From the IMG/VR virus record IMGVR_UViG_3300047157_000243, positions 11,016 through 75,015 of that record: DNA of 64,000 nt; one strand, 5' to 3'. The position numbers were made by a program, and so were the translations under genes. Shown one piece after another: positions 21,081 to 29,407 of the stretch. Under the pieces are notes generated by a model. The model searched no databases. It worked only from the letters and a program-made list of their open reading frames with translations, and was not told the DNA's origin. Every line of letters begins with the position of its first letter. Position 1 is the stretch's first letter. Source of the stretch: a virus.

Positions 21081-21353
21081 ATGAAAAAACTAAACACTAT
21101 TTTATACATTCTGATTTTAAGCTTCTTAATTACAGGATGTGCAGACGTAAGCCCTAACGCAATCGATTGTGTTAATGAATCTTCTTATGGATTCTTTGGA
21201 GGCCTATGGCATGGACTAATATCAATATTTTCTTTTATAGGAAGTTTGTTTATGGATGATGTGGCGGTGTATGCTTATAACAACAATGGAGCTTGGTATG
21301 ATTTTGGTTTTTTACTGGGAGTTGGGGCTTTTGCTTCTCGTGCGACAAAGTAG
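21081..21353 (+). CDS. Lipoprotein/membrane protein
   Basis: Lipobox LITGC; GFFGGLWHG...NNNGAWYDFGF hydrophobic domain. Confidence 0.7.
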   Translation: MKKLNTILYILILSFLITGCADVSPNAIDCVNESSYGFFGGLWHGLISIFSFIGSLFMDDVAVYAYNNNGAWYDFGFLLGVGAFASRATK

Positions 21354-21403
21354 TAATTTGACAATTAAAATAAATATATTTTTTATCTAATGTAATATTT
21401 TTA

Positions 21404-21439
21404 TATATTTGTCGTTAGATAAAAAAAGGTTCTTTGAAA
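21404..21439 (+). promoter_or_regulatory. Bacteroidota-type -7 box plus boxA-like element before the tRNA cluster
   Basis: TATATTTG at 21404-21411; GTTCTTTGAAA at 21429-21439. Confidence 0.6.
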
Positions 21440-21460
21440 TGTTGGAAAAGTAATTTAAAT

Positions 21461-21537
21461 GGACGGGTAGCTCAGCTGGATAGAGCATCTGCCTTCTAAG
21501 CAGACGGTCGAAGGTTCGAATCCTTCTCCGTTCACCA
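21461..21537 (+). tRNA. tRNA-Arg(TCT)
   Basis: Canonical cloverleaf; anticodon arm TCTGC-CT TCT AA-GCAGA; GGTTCGAATCC; encoded CCA. Confidence 0.95.
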
Positions 21538-21544
21538 TTTAATA

Positions 21545-21618
21545 GGGCCTCTAGCTCAGCTGGTTAGAGCAACTGACTCATAATCAGTAGGTCACAGGTT
21601 CGAACCCTGTGGGGCCCA
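21545..21618 (+). tRNA. tRNA with CAT anticodon (probably Ile2, else elongator Met)
   Basis: GGGCCTC/GGGGCCC acceptor; ACTGA-CT CAT AA-TCAGT; GGTTCGAACCC; no encoded CCA. Confidence 0.9.
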
Positions 21619-21635
21619 CTCAAATATTTTATCAT

Positions 21636-21703
21636 TGCAAGCAGTTGTCACCTTCAACTTTAATAAGGAGAGTTTAATAGTCACTTCTTAGACACTGCTT
21701 GCA
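21636..21703 (+). ncRNA. Putative small structured RNA (element A)
   Basis: TGCAAGCAG/CTGCTTGCA and TGTC/GACA terminal stems; inner TAAGGAG/CTTCTTA stem. Confidence 0.55.
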
Positions 21704-21710
21704 TCTTATT

Positions 21711-21906
21711 AACCTGACACAGCAGATTAATAGAGGTTGTACGGTCCAAATTTACTCTTTAAAATATTAAGGGACCTATTCTGGTGACAATTCCAGACGC
21801 GGAGATGTGATGAAACTTTGGACATTTAGTTAGTGCATTAACTGATGTCTGTATGGGATTAAGCCGTGAAAAACGGGGCGGACTGTGAAAAAAACTGCCC
21901 CTTTTT
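21711..21906 (+). ncRNA. Putative multi-hairpin RNA (element B)
   Basis: Serial stems AACCT/AGGTT, GGTCC/GGACC, TCTGG/CCAGA, GACATTTAGTTA/TAACTGATGTC, GGGGCGG/CTGCCCC plus T-run; GC-rich relative to flanks, no ORF. Confidence 0.45.
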
Positions 21907-21937
21907 ATATTTTATTTTTTAAAAACATTTAAAATAC

Positions 21938-22104
21938 GTGCTGTTTAATCTGCGGCTAGTCCAGTCCATAGGATGATGAGAAATGGTGTGATAACCATAT
22001 GGAGATACTTCGACAGTAATTAAATTTACACAAGTGTATGAGGATAGGTGTGAGACTTTGAGGCTGTGCCGCCAGGTGCAGATTAGTCGTCCTTGAGATA
22101 GCAC
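21938..22104 (+). ncRNA. Putative nested-helix RNA (element C)
   Basis: Ends pair (GTGCTGTTT/AGATAGCAC, TAATCTGC/GCAGATTA); inner TCCAT/ATGGA and ATGGT/ACCAT. Confidence 0.5.
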
Positions 22105-22125
22105 CCGCTTGATGTCGGAATTAAA

Positions 22126-22836
22126 TTAAATAAGTTCTATTAATTCCTCAAATTGCTTTTCTGATAATCTATCAAAAGATATTTTTTTCTTGATATTTTT
22201 GGAGTATATTAATTCTTCGTTTGGCTCATCTACATACCAATCCTTTCCTCCAATTTTTACTTTAGGCAAATCTAGCTCCACCTTTTTTCTGCTGCCCCCC
22301 TTAGATTTTGCTTTTTCACTATTTAGCTTTGTGAAAAATAATTCGTTTTTAATAATTCTATCAACTCTTAACTTTTCTTTTGTTTGAGGAACATCATCTT
22401 TGGCAAAATATATTGTTTGTATTTCATTATTTCTAATGATAGCATATATTTTATTTCCGTTGCTTTTAGTTTTTCTGTCTAAAAAAAATAAATTTTTTCC
22501 AACTACATCTAATCTATCCTCCTCTGAATAGTAGTTTATTCTTTTTGGGTCTATCCTTATGTATGCTAATATTACTGCAAAATCTTCATTTTTTGGAAAT
22601 TCGTAACCCTCTATAAGTCTATATTTTCTTTTTATACTTTCTCTTTCATCACTACTCAGGCTATATGTCCCTACTGACTTATAATCTGGCTCAAAAACAT
22701 TTGTTGAACCTCTCTCTTCATATCCAACTTGAATATTGTCTCTATCTATAAACCTTTCTGACAGTCTATCTAAAGAGTGTTCGGCAGAAAAGGCTTCTTC
22801 CAAAATTTCCTTAACAATTTTTCGAATAGAATTCAT
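22126..22836 (-). CDS. Hypothetical protein with MNSIRKIVKEILEE tag
   Basis: 236 aa; shared N-terminal helix. Confidence 0.55.
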   Translation of the reverse strand: MNSIRKIVKEILEEAFSAEHSLDRLSERFIDRDNIQVGYEERGSTNVFEPDYKSVGTYSLSSDERESIKRKYRLIEGYEFPKNEDFAVILAYIRIDPKRINYYSEEDRLDVVGKNLFFLDRKTKSNGNKIYAIIRNNEIQTIYFAKDDVPQTKEKLRVDRIIKNELFFTKLNSEKAKSKGGSRKKVELDLPKVKIGGKDWYVDEPNEELIYSKNIKKKISFDRLSEKQFEELIELI

Positions 22837-22893
22837 ACTGTAATATTTTAATAAAATATACGTTTATTTGTAAATAGTCACATATTTATTATT

Positions 22894-23589
22894 ATGAAGA
22901 GAAAAATGTTAGTTTTAGTTGGACCTCCTTCTGTGGGAAAGTCAACTTGGATAGCCTCAAACTACCCAGAAGCGTATATTATTAATAGAGACGACATTGT
23001 AGAATCGGTAGCATCAAGCTACGGATGGACTTATGATGATATGTTTGCGACACCACCAGAATATGCAGAAGTAGGTGATGTTGACGAAAAGTACGGTACA
23101 GTCAAAGAGTCTCCATCGTGGATGACCTGGACTGAAACTATATTTGACAAAGTTTTTGAAGCAAATGGAAAAGTTCAAAAACTAATGAATGATAAAGTCT
23201 CTCAAGCACACCCTAGCAGCAAAGATGTTGTTGTTGATATGACAAATATGAACACAAACTCCAGAAAAAATGCAATGAAAGCAATAGAGGGAAATGAGAG
23301 TGAATACCACAAAGTGGCTGTAGACTTTAAATTTCAAGGAGCAGAAGATGTGATAAAAAAAATGGCAGAAAAAAGAGCTGAATCAGCTAAGAGAATGGGT
23401 AAGTCTAAAACTATTCCTTCAGATGTTTTTAATAAAATGTTTTCATCATACTCCAAACCATCTACTTCAGAGGGTTTTGATGAAATAGTGTCTGTTGATA
23501 ATGTTGAAAACCTTAAATCTTCTTTAGACAAAGATGATTTAAAAGAATCAATTAGGAAAGAAATAAGAAAAGAGTTATGGAATTTATAG
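22894..23589 (+). CDS. AAA_33/polynucleotide-kinase-like P-loop kinase with C-terminal LKESIRKEIRKEL tag
   Basis: GPPSVGKST, INRDD, VVVDMTN, R..R lid, P..SEGFD; late motif 22883-22889. Confidence 0.75.
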   Translation: MKRKMLVLVGPPSVGKSTWIASNYPEAYIINRDDIVESVASSYGWTYDDMFATPPEYAEVGDVDEKYGTVKESPSWMTWTETIFDKVFEANGKVQKLMNDKVSQAHPSSKDVVVDMTNMNTNSRKNAMKAIEGNESEYHKVAVDFKFQGAEDVIKKMAEKRAESAKRMGKSKTIPSDVFNKMFSSYSKPSTSEGFDEIVSVDNVENLKSSLDKDDLKESIRKEIRKELWNL

Positions 23590-23828
23590 GCAAATATGAA
23601 AATTGGTATAATCGACTTATGAAAGTTGGTTATGATGGAGCAGAGGATAAGGTTAAAAGTTTCATGGAGGCACATAATGATATTATATGGGAACAAAAGT
23701 TAATGGACTTCGTAAATAAAGGAATGGAAACAAAAGATGCTATGTCAAAGGTTAGCATTTTAAGAGAAGCATTTGCTGGTGACCATAAATGTGAAAAGTT
23801 TGTTCAGTCTATAGAGGATAAAAAATAA
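23577..23828 (+). CDS. Hypothetical protein
   Basis: 83 aa ORF overlapping the kinase end. Confidence 0.5.
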   Translation: MEFIGKYENWYNRLMKVGYDGAEDKVKSFMEAHNDIIWEQKLMDFVNKGMETKDAMSKVSILREAFAGDHKCEKFVQSIEDKK

Positions 23829-23878
23829 TTATATTTTAATTAAAATCATATTTTATTAATATATTAAATAATAAACTT

Positions 23879-24091
23879 ATGACAAAGATAAGAATTAACG
23901 ACTTGCCAAACGAGGAGAGAATGTTTTTTTTAAAAAAATTTAAAACAAAATATTTTGAAGAAAATTTTGATGACCTTTATTTTCAGCTTGAAGAAGAGTG
24001 TGTAAAAAGAGGCTATGTTGATAATGAAATAAAGTTCATAGTAGAAAACAAATATGTTAAAGCCTATGTTTTGGTTGATTTGATTAAATAG
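23879..24091 (+). CDS. Hypothetical protein
   Basis: 70 aa ORF. Confidence 0.5.
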   Translation: MTKIRINDLPNEERMFFLKKFKTKYFEENFDDLYFQLEEECVKRGYVDNEIKFIVENKYVKAYVLVDLIK

Positions 24092-24130
24092 TTTAACTAC
24101 TTTATAAAACTATTATATATTTATATTCAT

Positions 24131-24628
24131 ATGCAGCAAGTATTAGTATTAAACAGCACATACCAGCCCATAAATGTAACAAGCTTATCTAGAGGATTTA
24201 AGTTAGTTTTTAAAGGAAAGGCTGAAATACTAGAACACATCTCAAAAGAACCTATTGTAACAGAAAGAAAAAGCTTTAAAAGACCTACAGTTATTAGACT
24301 TTTAAAATACGTATCCGTTCCTTTTAGAAAAGTTTATTTATGCAGGCAGAATATATTTAGAAGAGATGATTTTCAATGCCTATATTGTAATAGCGAAAAA
24401 GATTTAACCATAGACCACGTAATGCCCAGCTCTAGAGGAGGTAATAACACTTGGCAGAATTTGGCAACATGTTGTAAATCTTGTAACGAAACAAAGGATA
24501 ACAAAACCCCAGAAGAAGCAAATATGAATATGAGACACAAGCCTTTTAGGCCTTCCTATTTATATTATGTTCAGAAATTTAAAAGAATACATAAATCCTG
24601 GAATGTTTATGTTGGAATTAATAGTTAA
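24131..24628 (+). CDS. HNH endonuclease
   Basis: VLVLN..YQP; RDDFQCLYC...TIDHVMP.SRGG...W.NL.TCCKSCN..K. Confidence 0.9.
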   Translation: MQQVLVLNSTYQPINVTSLSRGFKLVFKGKAEILEHISKEPIVTERKSFKRPTVIRLLKYVSVPFRKVYLCRQNIFRRDDFQCLYCNSEKDLTIDHVMPSSRGGNNTWQNLATCCKSCNETKDNKTPEEANMNMRHKPFRPSYLYYVQKFKRIHKSWNVYVGINS

Positions 24629-25491
24629 GACTTTTTATAAGCCCTGATATAATCTATTTCGTGATACGTTGGAAACGTGGCTTCATCTAATTTTCTATCT
24701 TCACCCGCATCTATTTGATTTCCTATAATGATATGCATTGGATGTTTGAAGTCTTTTATGGCTTTTGGGTTACTAAAAACTCTAATTAATATATTATCAT
24801 AATATATTTTAAAACCTTTTTCATTCCACTCTACCGCATATGTGTGAAAGTCTGTTGATATATTATTAACATTATGTCCCATCGCTTTCATTTTTTTGTT
24901 TTCAGATGTTCCCCAATGAAAGTTAGACTCAAAATTAACTAAGCCCCTAACAGGCCTGCCAGTATATGCTTCATATATATCTATTTCTGGTGGCCAAGCA
25001 TGTACAGATGCTAACCAAAAAGCAGGCCAATGCCCTGGTTCTGAAGGCATTTTACTTCTTATCTCAAAGAAACCATACTTTTGCTCAAAAGACTTAGAAC
25101 TATCTAATTGACCCACTCTATATGGTATGGTGTACGAGCCGTAATCTTCTCCTTCCCAAGTTACATAGTTTATTTTTATGGGATTTTTTTCAGCTCTTTG
25201 TTTTATTGTAGAATCTGTAAATTCAAACATATTGTCTCCACAATATTGTTTTGGAGCTGTACTATCTTCAATAATACTCCCTGGATGGTATCTTAGCCCA
25301 AAGTAATGGTCAGTTCTCCACTTTTTTTTATCTAATTTTTTATTGTTAAATTCATCTTGAAAAGTCAGATTCCAACCTTTTTTTTTAGAATTATTATTAA
25401 CATTTTTAAATCTTTTAGAATCAAAAGCTAAATAGCACCATAACCTAATTTTTAAGAAAAAGTTGATTACAAAATCTCTCAATACCCACAT
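24625..25491 (-). CDS. Glycoside hydrolase family 16 (laminarinase-like)
   Basis: FQDEFN, YGFFEIR, WPAFWL, catalytic EIDIYE, FHTYAVEW, IDYIRAY. Confidence 0.88.
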   Translation of the reverse strand: MWVLRDFVINFFLKIRLWCYLAFDSKRFKNVNNNSKKKGWNLTFQDEFNNKKLDKKKWRTDHYFGLRYHPGSIIEDSTAPKQYCGDNMFEFTDSTIKQRAEKNPIKINYVTWEGEDYGSYTIPYRVGQLDSSKSFEQKYGFFEIRSKMPSEPGHWPAFWLASVHAWPPEIDIYEAYTGRPVRGLVNFESNFHWGTSENKKMKAMGHNVNNISTDFHTYAVEWNEKGFKIYYDNILIRVFSNPKAIKDFKHPMHIIIGNQIDAGEDRKLDEATFPTYHEIDYIRAYKKS

Positions 25492-25509
25492 ATATATATG
25501 ACTTATTTT

Positions 25510-25727
25510 TTACTTATTTTCGTTGCTAAATATGCCTCCAACAGTCCTTAGTCCAATCAAGGTACATCCAGCTACTAGAACAGAGTTAAACAATTCTTTT
25601 CCAACACCATAAAAGTGAAAGCCATCTAAAACGTAAGTTACAGCACATAGCGCTAAAAATATATTACCCCAAAACTTTTTACTTGATACTTTTCCTCCTT
25701 TTTTTTTTCTGTGAATAAATCTTTCAT
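25510..25727 (-). pseudogene. Small two-TM (holin-like) protein broken by a 1-nt shift in an A10 run, probably an assembly error
   Basis: With A11 it reads MKDLFTEKKKGGKVSSKKFWGNIFLALCAVTYVLDG...LVAGCTLIGLRTVGGIFSNENK; absent from the ORF track. Confidence 0.6.
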
Positions 25728-25749
25728 AATTTTTAATTTTAATTAAATG

Positions 25750-25823
25750 TGGAGGATATCGGAGTCGAACCGATGACCTCCTGCGTGCAAGGCAGGCGCT
25801 CTAGCCAGCTGAGCTAATCCCCC
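25750..25823 (-). tRNA. tRNA-Ala(TGC)
   Basis: GGGGGAT/ATCCTCC acceptor with G3:U70; CCTGC-CT TGC AC-GCAGG; GGTTCGACTCC. Confidence 0.95.
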
Positions 25824-25860
25824 ATAAGTTTTATAATAAATATCATAAAAAAACAATATG

Positions 25861-26886
25861 CTACATTATACCAGCTAATTTTTTTAATCTTTTTTTATGG
25901 CTTTCAGATATTATGTTTTTTGATTTTTCAACATCAACAACTAAAGGGTTAGAGTCCAAAGATTTGCCAAACATTTCAGACTCTTTTTTTCTTCTTTTAA
26001 TGTGGCCTGGATAACTTACGTTTGTGGATAATATCCTTTCTTTAGCTTCTTCGTAATTTCCTTTTTTGACTAGTTGTATGAAATCGCTACCTCTAAATCC
26101 ACCTCTTCCCATGTTAAATGTCATGGAAACCATTGCATCGTACATGTTTTGGTCTACATAAAAAGGTATGTTTTTACCTTTCCATTCTTCAAAAACACTT
26201 TTTACCGCTTTTTCAGCACTATTCAAATCTTGAAGCAAAAGTTCTTTAGCTTTTTCTAGTTTTATTGTATCTCCAACTTTAAATTGTGAATTACTTTTAC
26301 TTTCAGCATGCCCCCATCCAATGGTTATCATATCGTCTCCCAAATCATAAGCAACCAAGACTGGTTCGCCTTTAAATTTTGCAGAACCCTCTTCTATTTT
26401 CATGAAGTCAATCAAAGAATCTGATATAGAGCTGGGTATATGACTTAAAATCACTTCTTCATCTACACTTTCCTCCTCATCTTCTTTAGAGTCCAAGTCC
26501 ATAACATCAGGAGAATCTTCTTCTGCGTTATTTGCTGTTAAATCTAACTTAATAATTTCAATTTCATCATCTAGCCCTGAATCACTATTAGATGCATAAT
26601 CATACAATTGAGAATAACTCATTATACCAGCCAAAGATATAAATGCGTATTTTAAAATTTTTAATTTTATTTTTTTGGGTAGATTTTTAATTTTTTTAAA
26701 CAGTATATTTAAATATTGTTTTGCTTGCTCTATAGTTTTTACCCCCAAAGTAGAGTCTTTAACTTTTTTTTCTGTTAAATCCCACTCGTAAGTTGGAGAA
26801 GGTTCTTCAGAGTTTTCTTTGTATACATTTTTTATAGCCTCAGATATAAGGTTTTCTATCTCTTTTATATTAGATTCTTTTAGCAT
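25861..26886 (-). CDS. GH24 (T4-type) lysozyme with a long N-terminal extension and terminal tags
   Basis: IEEG...AYDLGDDMITIGWGH, Q..YDAMVS.TFNMG, GH.KRR..E; start MLKES at 26886; C-term ISESHKKRLKKLAGIM. Confidence 0.85.
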   Translation of the reverse strand: MLKESNIKEIENLISEAIKNVYKENSEEPSPTYEWDLTEKKVKDSTLGVKTIEQAKQYLNILFKKIKNLPKKIKLKILKYAFISLAGIMSYSQLYDYASNSDSGLDDEIEIIKLDLTANNAEEDSPDVMDLDSKEDEEESVDEEVILSHIPSSISDSLIDFMKIEEGSAKFKGEPVLVAYDLGDDMITIGWGHAESKSNSQFKVGDTIKLEKAKELLLQDLNSAEKAVKSVFEEWKGKNIPFYVDQNMYDAMVSMTFNMGRGGFRGSDFIQLVKKGNYEEAKERILSTNVSYPGHIKRRKKESEMFGKSLDSNPLVVDVEKSKNIISESHKKRLKKLAGIM

Positions 26887-26910
26887 GTAAATAAATAGTT
26901 TTAAAAAATA

Positions 26911-26974
26911 AGACCACTTATAGTAGCGAACTTTAAGTGGTCTATGCAACCGAAGTTACAACGGTCCTAACCGT
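26911..26974 (-). ncRNA. Three-hairpin RNA element / terminator-like
   Basis: Minus strand: ACGG-TTAGGA-CCGT, TGTAAC-TTCG-GTTGCA (cUUCGg), AGACCACTTA...TAAGTGGTCT plus T-run. Confidence 0.55.
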
Positions 26975-26984
26975 ATTTTAAATG

Positions 26985-27419
26985 TTATGGATATTGAAAC
27001 TCAATATCAATAGATTTATAATCATTATTTATTGATACCTCTGTTGGATAAAAGCTGTTTGAATTTTCTTTTTTTTCTATATTCAATTTCAAACCCTCAA
27101 AATCATCACCATCAATAATGCCTGAGCCAAAGTCATAAACTTTTTCAAAATTTTCTAATTCATCCTCCCAAGCATCTTCTGTTGCTCTATATATTTCAGA
27201 ATTTAAAGTCAATTTATGAATCTTAGGTTTTAACATACTGAATCCATATGTCTTTTCGCTAGTAAGCACACTCCACTCTACCGTTGCAGTGCTATCGCCA
27301 AAATAATCATCTGGGCCTAATACGTCATTTATGTATAAGTGTAAATCTACTTTTGTCACATATGTTTCTGAGTCTACACCTAATGCTTCTCTTATTATTT
27401 TTCTTATTTCTTGACTCAT
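26985..27419 (-). CDS. Acidic protein with MSQEIRKIIREAL tag
   Basis: Late motif 27424-27430. Confidence 0.55.
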   Translation of the reverse strand: MSQEIRKIIREALGVDSETYVTKVDLHLYINDVLGPDDYFGDSTATVEWSVLTSEKTYGFSMLKPKIHKLTLNSEIYRATEDAWEDELENFEKVYDFGSGIIDGDDFEGLKLNIEKKENSNSFYPTEVSINNDYKSIDIEFQYP

Positions 27420-27488
27420 ACTAATAAATATAATTAATTTTTATTTAATTTGTAATTATTTATTGTATATTAGATTAGAAAAATAATT

Positions 27489-27887
27489 ATGAGTAATTTA
27501 AAAGATAAAATATCAGAAGACTTCATGAAAGCTTTTAAAGCTAAAGACATGGATAAAAAGAATTTTCTTGGTGTAATTAAAGGAGAGATTCAATTGCAAG
27601 AAGGTAGGGGAATAGATTCTACTGATGAAAATGTTTTAAAAGTTTTGAAAAAAATAGAAAAATCTTTAAAACAAACAAATACTAAAGAGACAAAAAAGGA
27701 ACTTAGTTATATTAAAAAATATCTACCAGAACAAATGGATGAAAAAAGAATAAAAGAAATTATTCTTGAATACACAAATTCTGGATTGGGTAATGTTGGT
27801 CAAATAATGGGAAAATTTAACAAAGAACACAAAGGTAAGGCGGATAATAAGTTGGTATCTGAAATAGTTAAATCTATTCTAAATTAA
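27489..27887 (+). CDS. GatB/YqeY-domain protein
   Basis: LKDKISEDFMKAFKAKD...YLPEQM...G.IMG...GKAD...VS..VK. Confidence 0.85.
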   Translation: MSNLKDKISEDFMKAFKAKDMDKKNFLGVIKGEIQLQEGRGIDSTDENVLKVLKKIEKSLKQTNTKETKKELSYIKKYLPEQMDEKRIKEIILEYTNSGLGNVGQIMGKFNKEHKGKADNKLVSEIVKSILN

Positions 27888-27895
27888 AGTGAGTT

Positions 27896-28195
27896 ATGGC
27901 TTCTGATAATTATAGATATAATAAGTATAGCATGCCTGAACAAGATTGGGAAAAGAAACTTATTACATATTCTAACTTTATTTCAGATAGACTTAAGAGT
28001 TATTTGGCAAAAAAAAATATGACAACAGAAGTATTGTCTAAAAAGATTGGTATTTCAAACGATACAGCCAAATTGATGTTACACGATATTTATGTTTATA
28101 ATTATAGTATAGAAGAAATTTCTAAACTAGACCTTTTATTTGAAGGGCATTATGATGTTTATGAAAAAAAAGCTTTTGATAGAAACAGTAAATAA
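27896..28195 (+). CDS. Putative XRE-like HTH protein
   Basis: YLAKKNMTTEVLSKKIGIS...NYSIEEISKL. Confidence 0.5.
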   Translation: MASDNYRYNKYSMPEQDWEKKLITYSNFISDRLKSYLAKKNMTTEVLSKKIGISNDTAKLMLHDIYVYNYSIEEISKLDLLFEGHYDVYEKKAFDRNSK

Positions 28196-28197
28196 TT

Positions 28198-28866
28198 TTA
28201 GTTAGAACCAGTGTAATCTTTACGTGGTTCCATCTTTTCGTAAAAGCCTTCTTTAGAACCCTTCCAGTCCCAGGGTAAACCGTGTTCTATGTTGTATTCT
28301 AATTGTGTATCAGATACTCCCTTTAGTTTTAATAAAGCTTTTTTCAATAAGGGTATATTATCCTTTGCCATGGATTCAGAGATAACATCTCTTACAATCA
28401 TTCTTACTGATTCATTTATTTTAAAATCTTCAGAATCAATAGCTTTTAAGTAAGATGTTGAATCTTTTTGATATCTAGCTAAAGTTTTTAGCTCATCTTT
28501 TAAGTCATCATCTAATTCCACCAAATCAGCTTGAGTGTTTTCATAATCTTCTAATCCTTTTCCTGTCGTTAAGTGCTCTAAATTATCGTTTATATAATTT
28601 TCTATAACTTCTGAGTTAATATCCCAATCCCCCAATTCTTCGTCAGGCATTCCATCTTCATCAAAGTCAACACCTAAAATGCTCCTTGTTGCATAAGGCT
28701 CTAATTCATCTTTGTCTAAAAGATAAATGTTAAATATATATTTTTTACCAGATGATTTGTCTTGTAAAACAGCCATCTCACTATTGTCACTAAATATTAC
28801 ATCCATTTTATATTCTTTAGCTTCTTTTCCCACTTTTTGATTTTCACCATCTCTTATTTTTTTCAT
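28198..28866 (-). CDS. Acidic protein with internal INESVRMIVRDVISE tag
   Basis: 222 aa ORF. Confidence 0.55.
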   Translation of the reverse strand: MKKIRDGENQKVGKEAKEYKMDVIFSDNSEMAVLQDKSSGKKYIFNIYLLDKDELEPYATRSILGVDFDEDGMPDEELGDWDINSEVIENYINDNLEHLTTGKGLEDYENTQADLVELDDDLKDELKTLARYQKDSTSYLKAIDSEDFKINESVRMIVRDVISESMAKDNIPLLKKALLKLKGVSDTQLEYNIEHGLPWDWKGSKEGFYEKMEPRKDYTGSN

Positions 28867-28872
28867 AGTACT

Positions 28873-29007
28873 TTATTTTCCCTGGCCTCTGTATTTTTTT
28901 TTGTAATACTTTGCACCTTTAGAGTTAGAATGTTTGCTTTTAGCATGAATACCTGGTCTTTTCTTTTTCATTTCACCAGAATTGTTTTTACTAGAAGATT
29001 TTGCCAT
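28873..29007 (-). CDS. 44-aa highly basic peptide ending KKYRGQGK
   Basis: MAKSSSKNNSGEMKKKRPGIHAKSKHSNSKGAKYYKKKYRGQGK; late motif 29034-29040; below the ORF-track cutoff. Confidence 0.7.
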   Translation of the reverse strand: MAKSSSKNNSGEMKKKRPGIHAKSKHSNSKGAKYYKKKYRGQGK

Positions 29008-29092
29008 TTTAAATATGATTTTAATTGTTAATAATAAATATGAAAAAATTTCATTTATTGACTTTGGTGAATACTTTTCTTATCTTGCATAA

Positions 29093-29407
29093 ATGACTAA
29101 AAGTCTTTTGATAGAAAAGTGCGGACACCTGTCTCTTAATTTAACTTCTGTTCAAGTGATGGGAGAGTTTAGGCCATTAAGAACATGTTGGACTCCCGAG
29201 CTCTATCAAGACTCAGAATATTATACTAATAATTATGAGGCAGAAGAGCCTGAAAACATTTTTAAAAAGAAGTTAATAATTGAAAAATATATACCTTATA
29301 ACTTTAAAGATGTCGAATCAGAGCTTTCTAATATTTTAGCTACAGAACTTGGAGCATCTATTGATGCAGAGATATTAGGTAGTTTAATTGATTTGGAAAA
29401 TGAATGA
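29093..29407 (+). CDS. Small protein carrying a gp23-type major capsid protein fragment
   Basis: RPLRTCWTPELYQD and DVESELSNILATELGASIDAEIL match the gp23 R.LKA..S.ELAQD / DA.AELS.ILATEI..EINRE segment; TATCTTGC box at 29081-29088. Confidence 0.7.
   Translation: MTKSLLIEKCGHLSLNLTSVQVMGEFRPLRTCWTPELYQDSEYYTNNYEAEEPENIFKKKLIIEKYIPYNFKDVESELSNILATELGASIDAEILGSLIDLENE

Noticed and set aside
21619-22120. tmRNA, RNase P, hammerhead or tRNA-associated theta (HDV-like) ribozyme
   Set aside because: No tRNA-Ala-like ends, no RNase P conserved regions, no complete CUGAUGA/GAAA core, and no HDV double pseudoknot at the tRNA 3' end that I could trace by eye
25689-25710. Programmed or phase-variable frameshift in the A10 run
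   Set aside because: Several other homopolymer indels (7389, 30810-30865) suggest assembly error; cannot be resolved without reads
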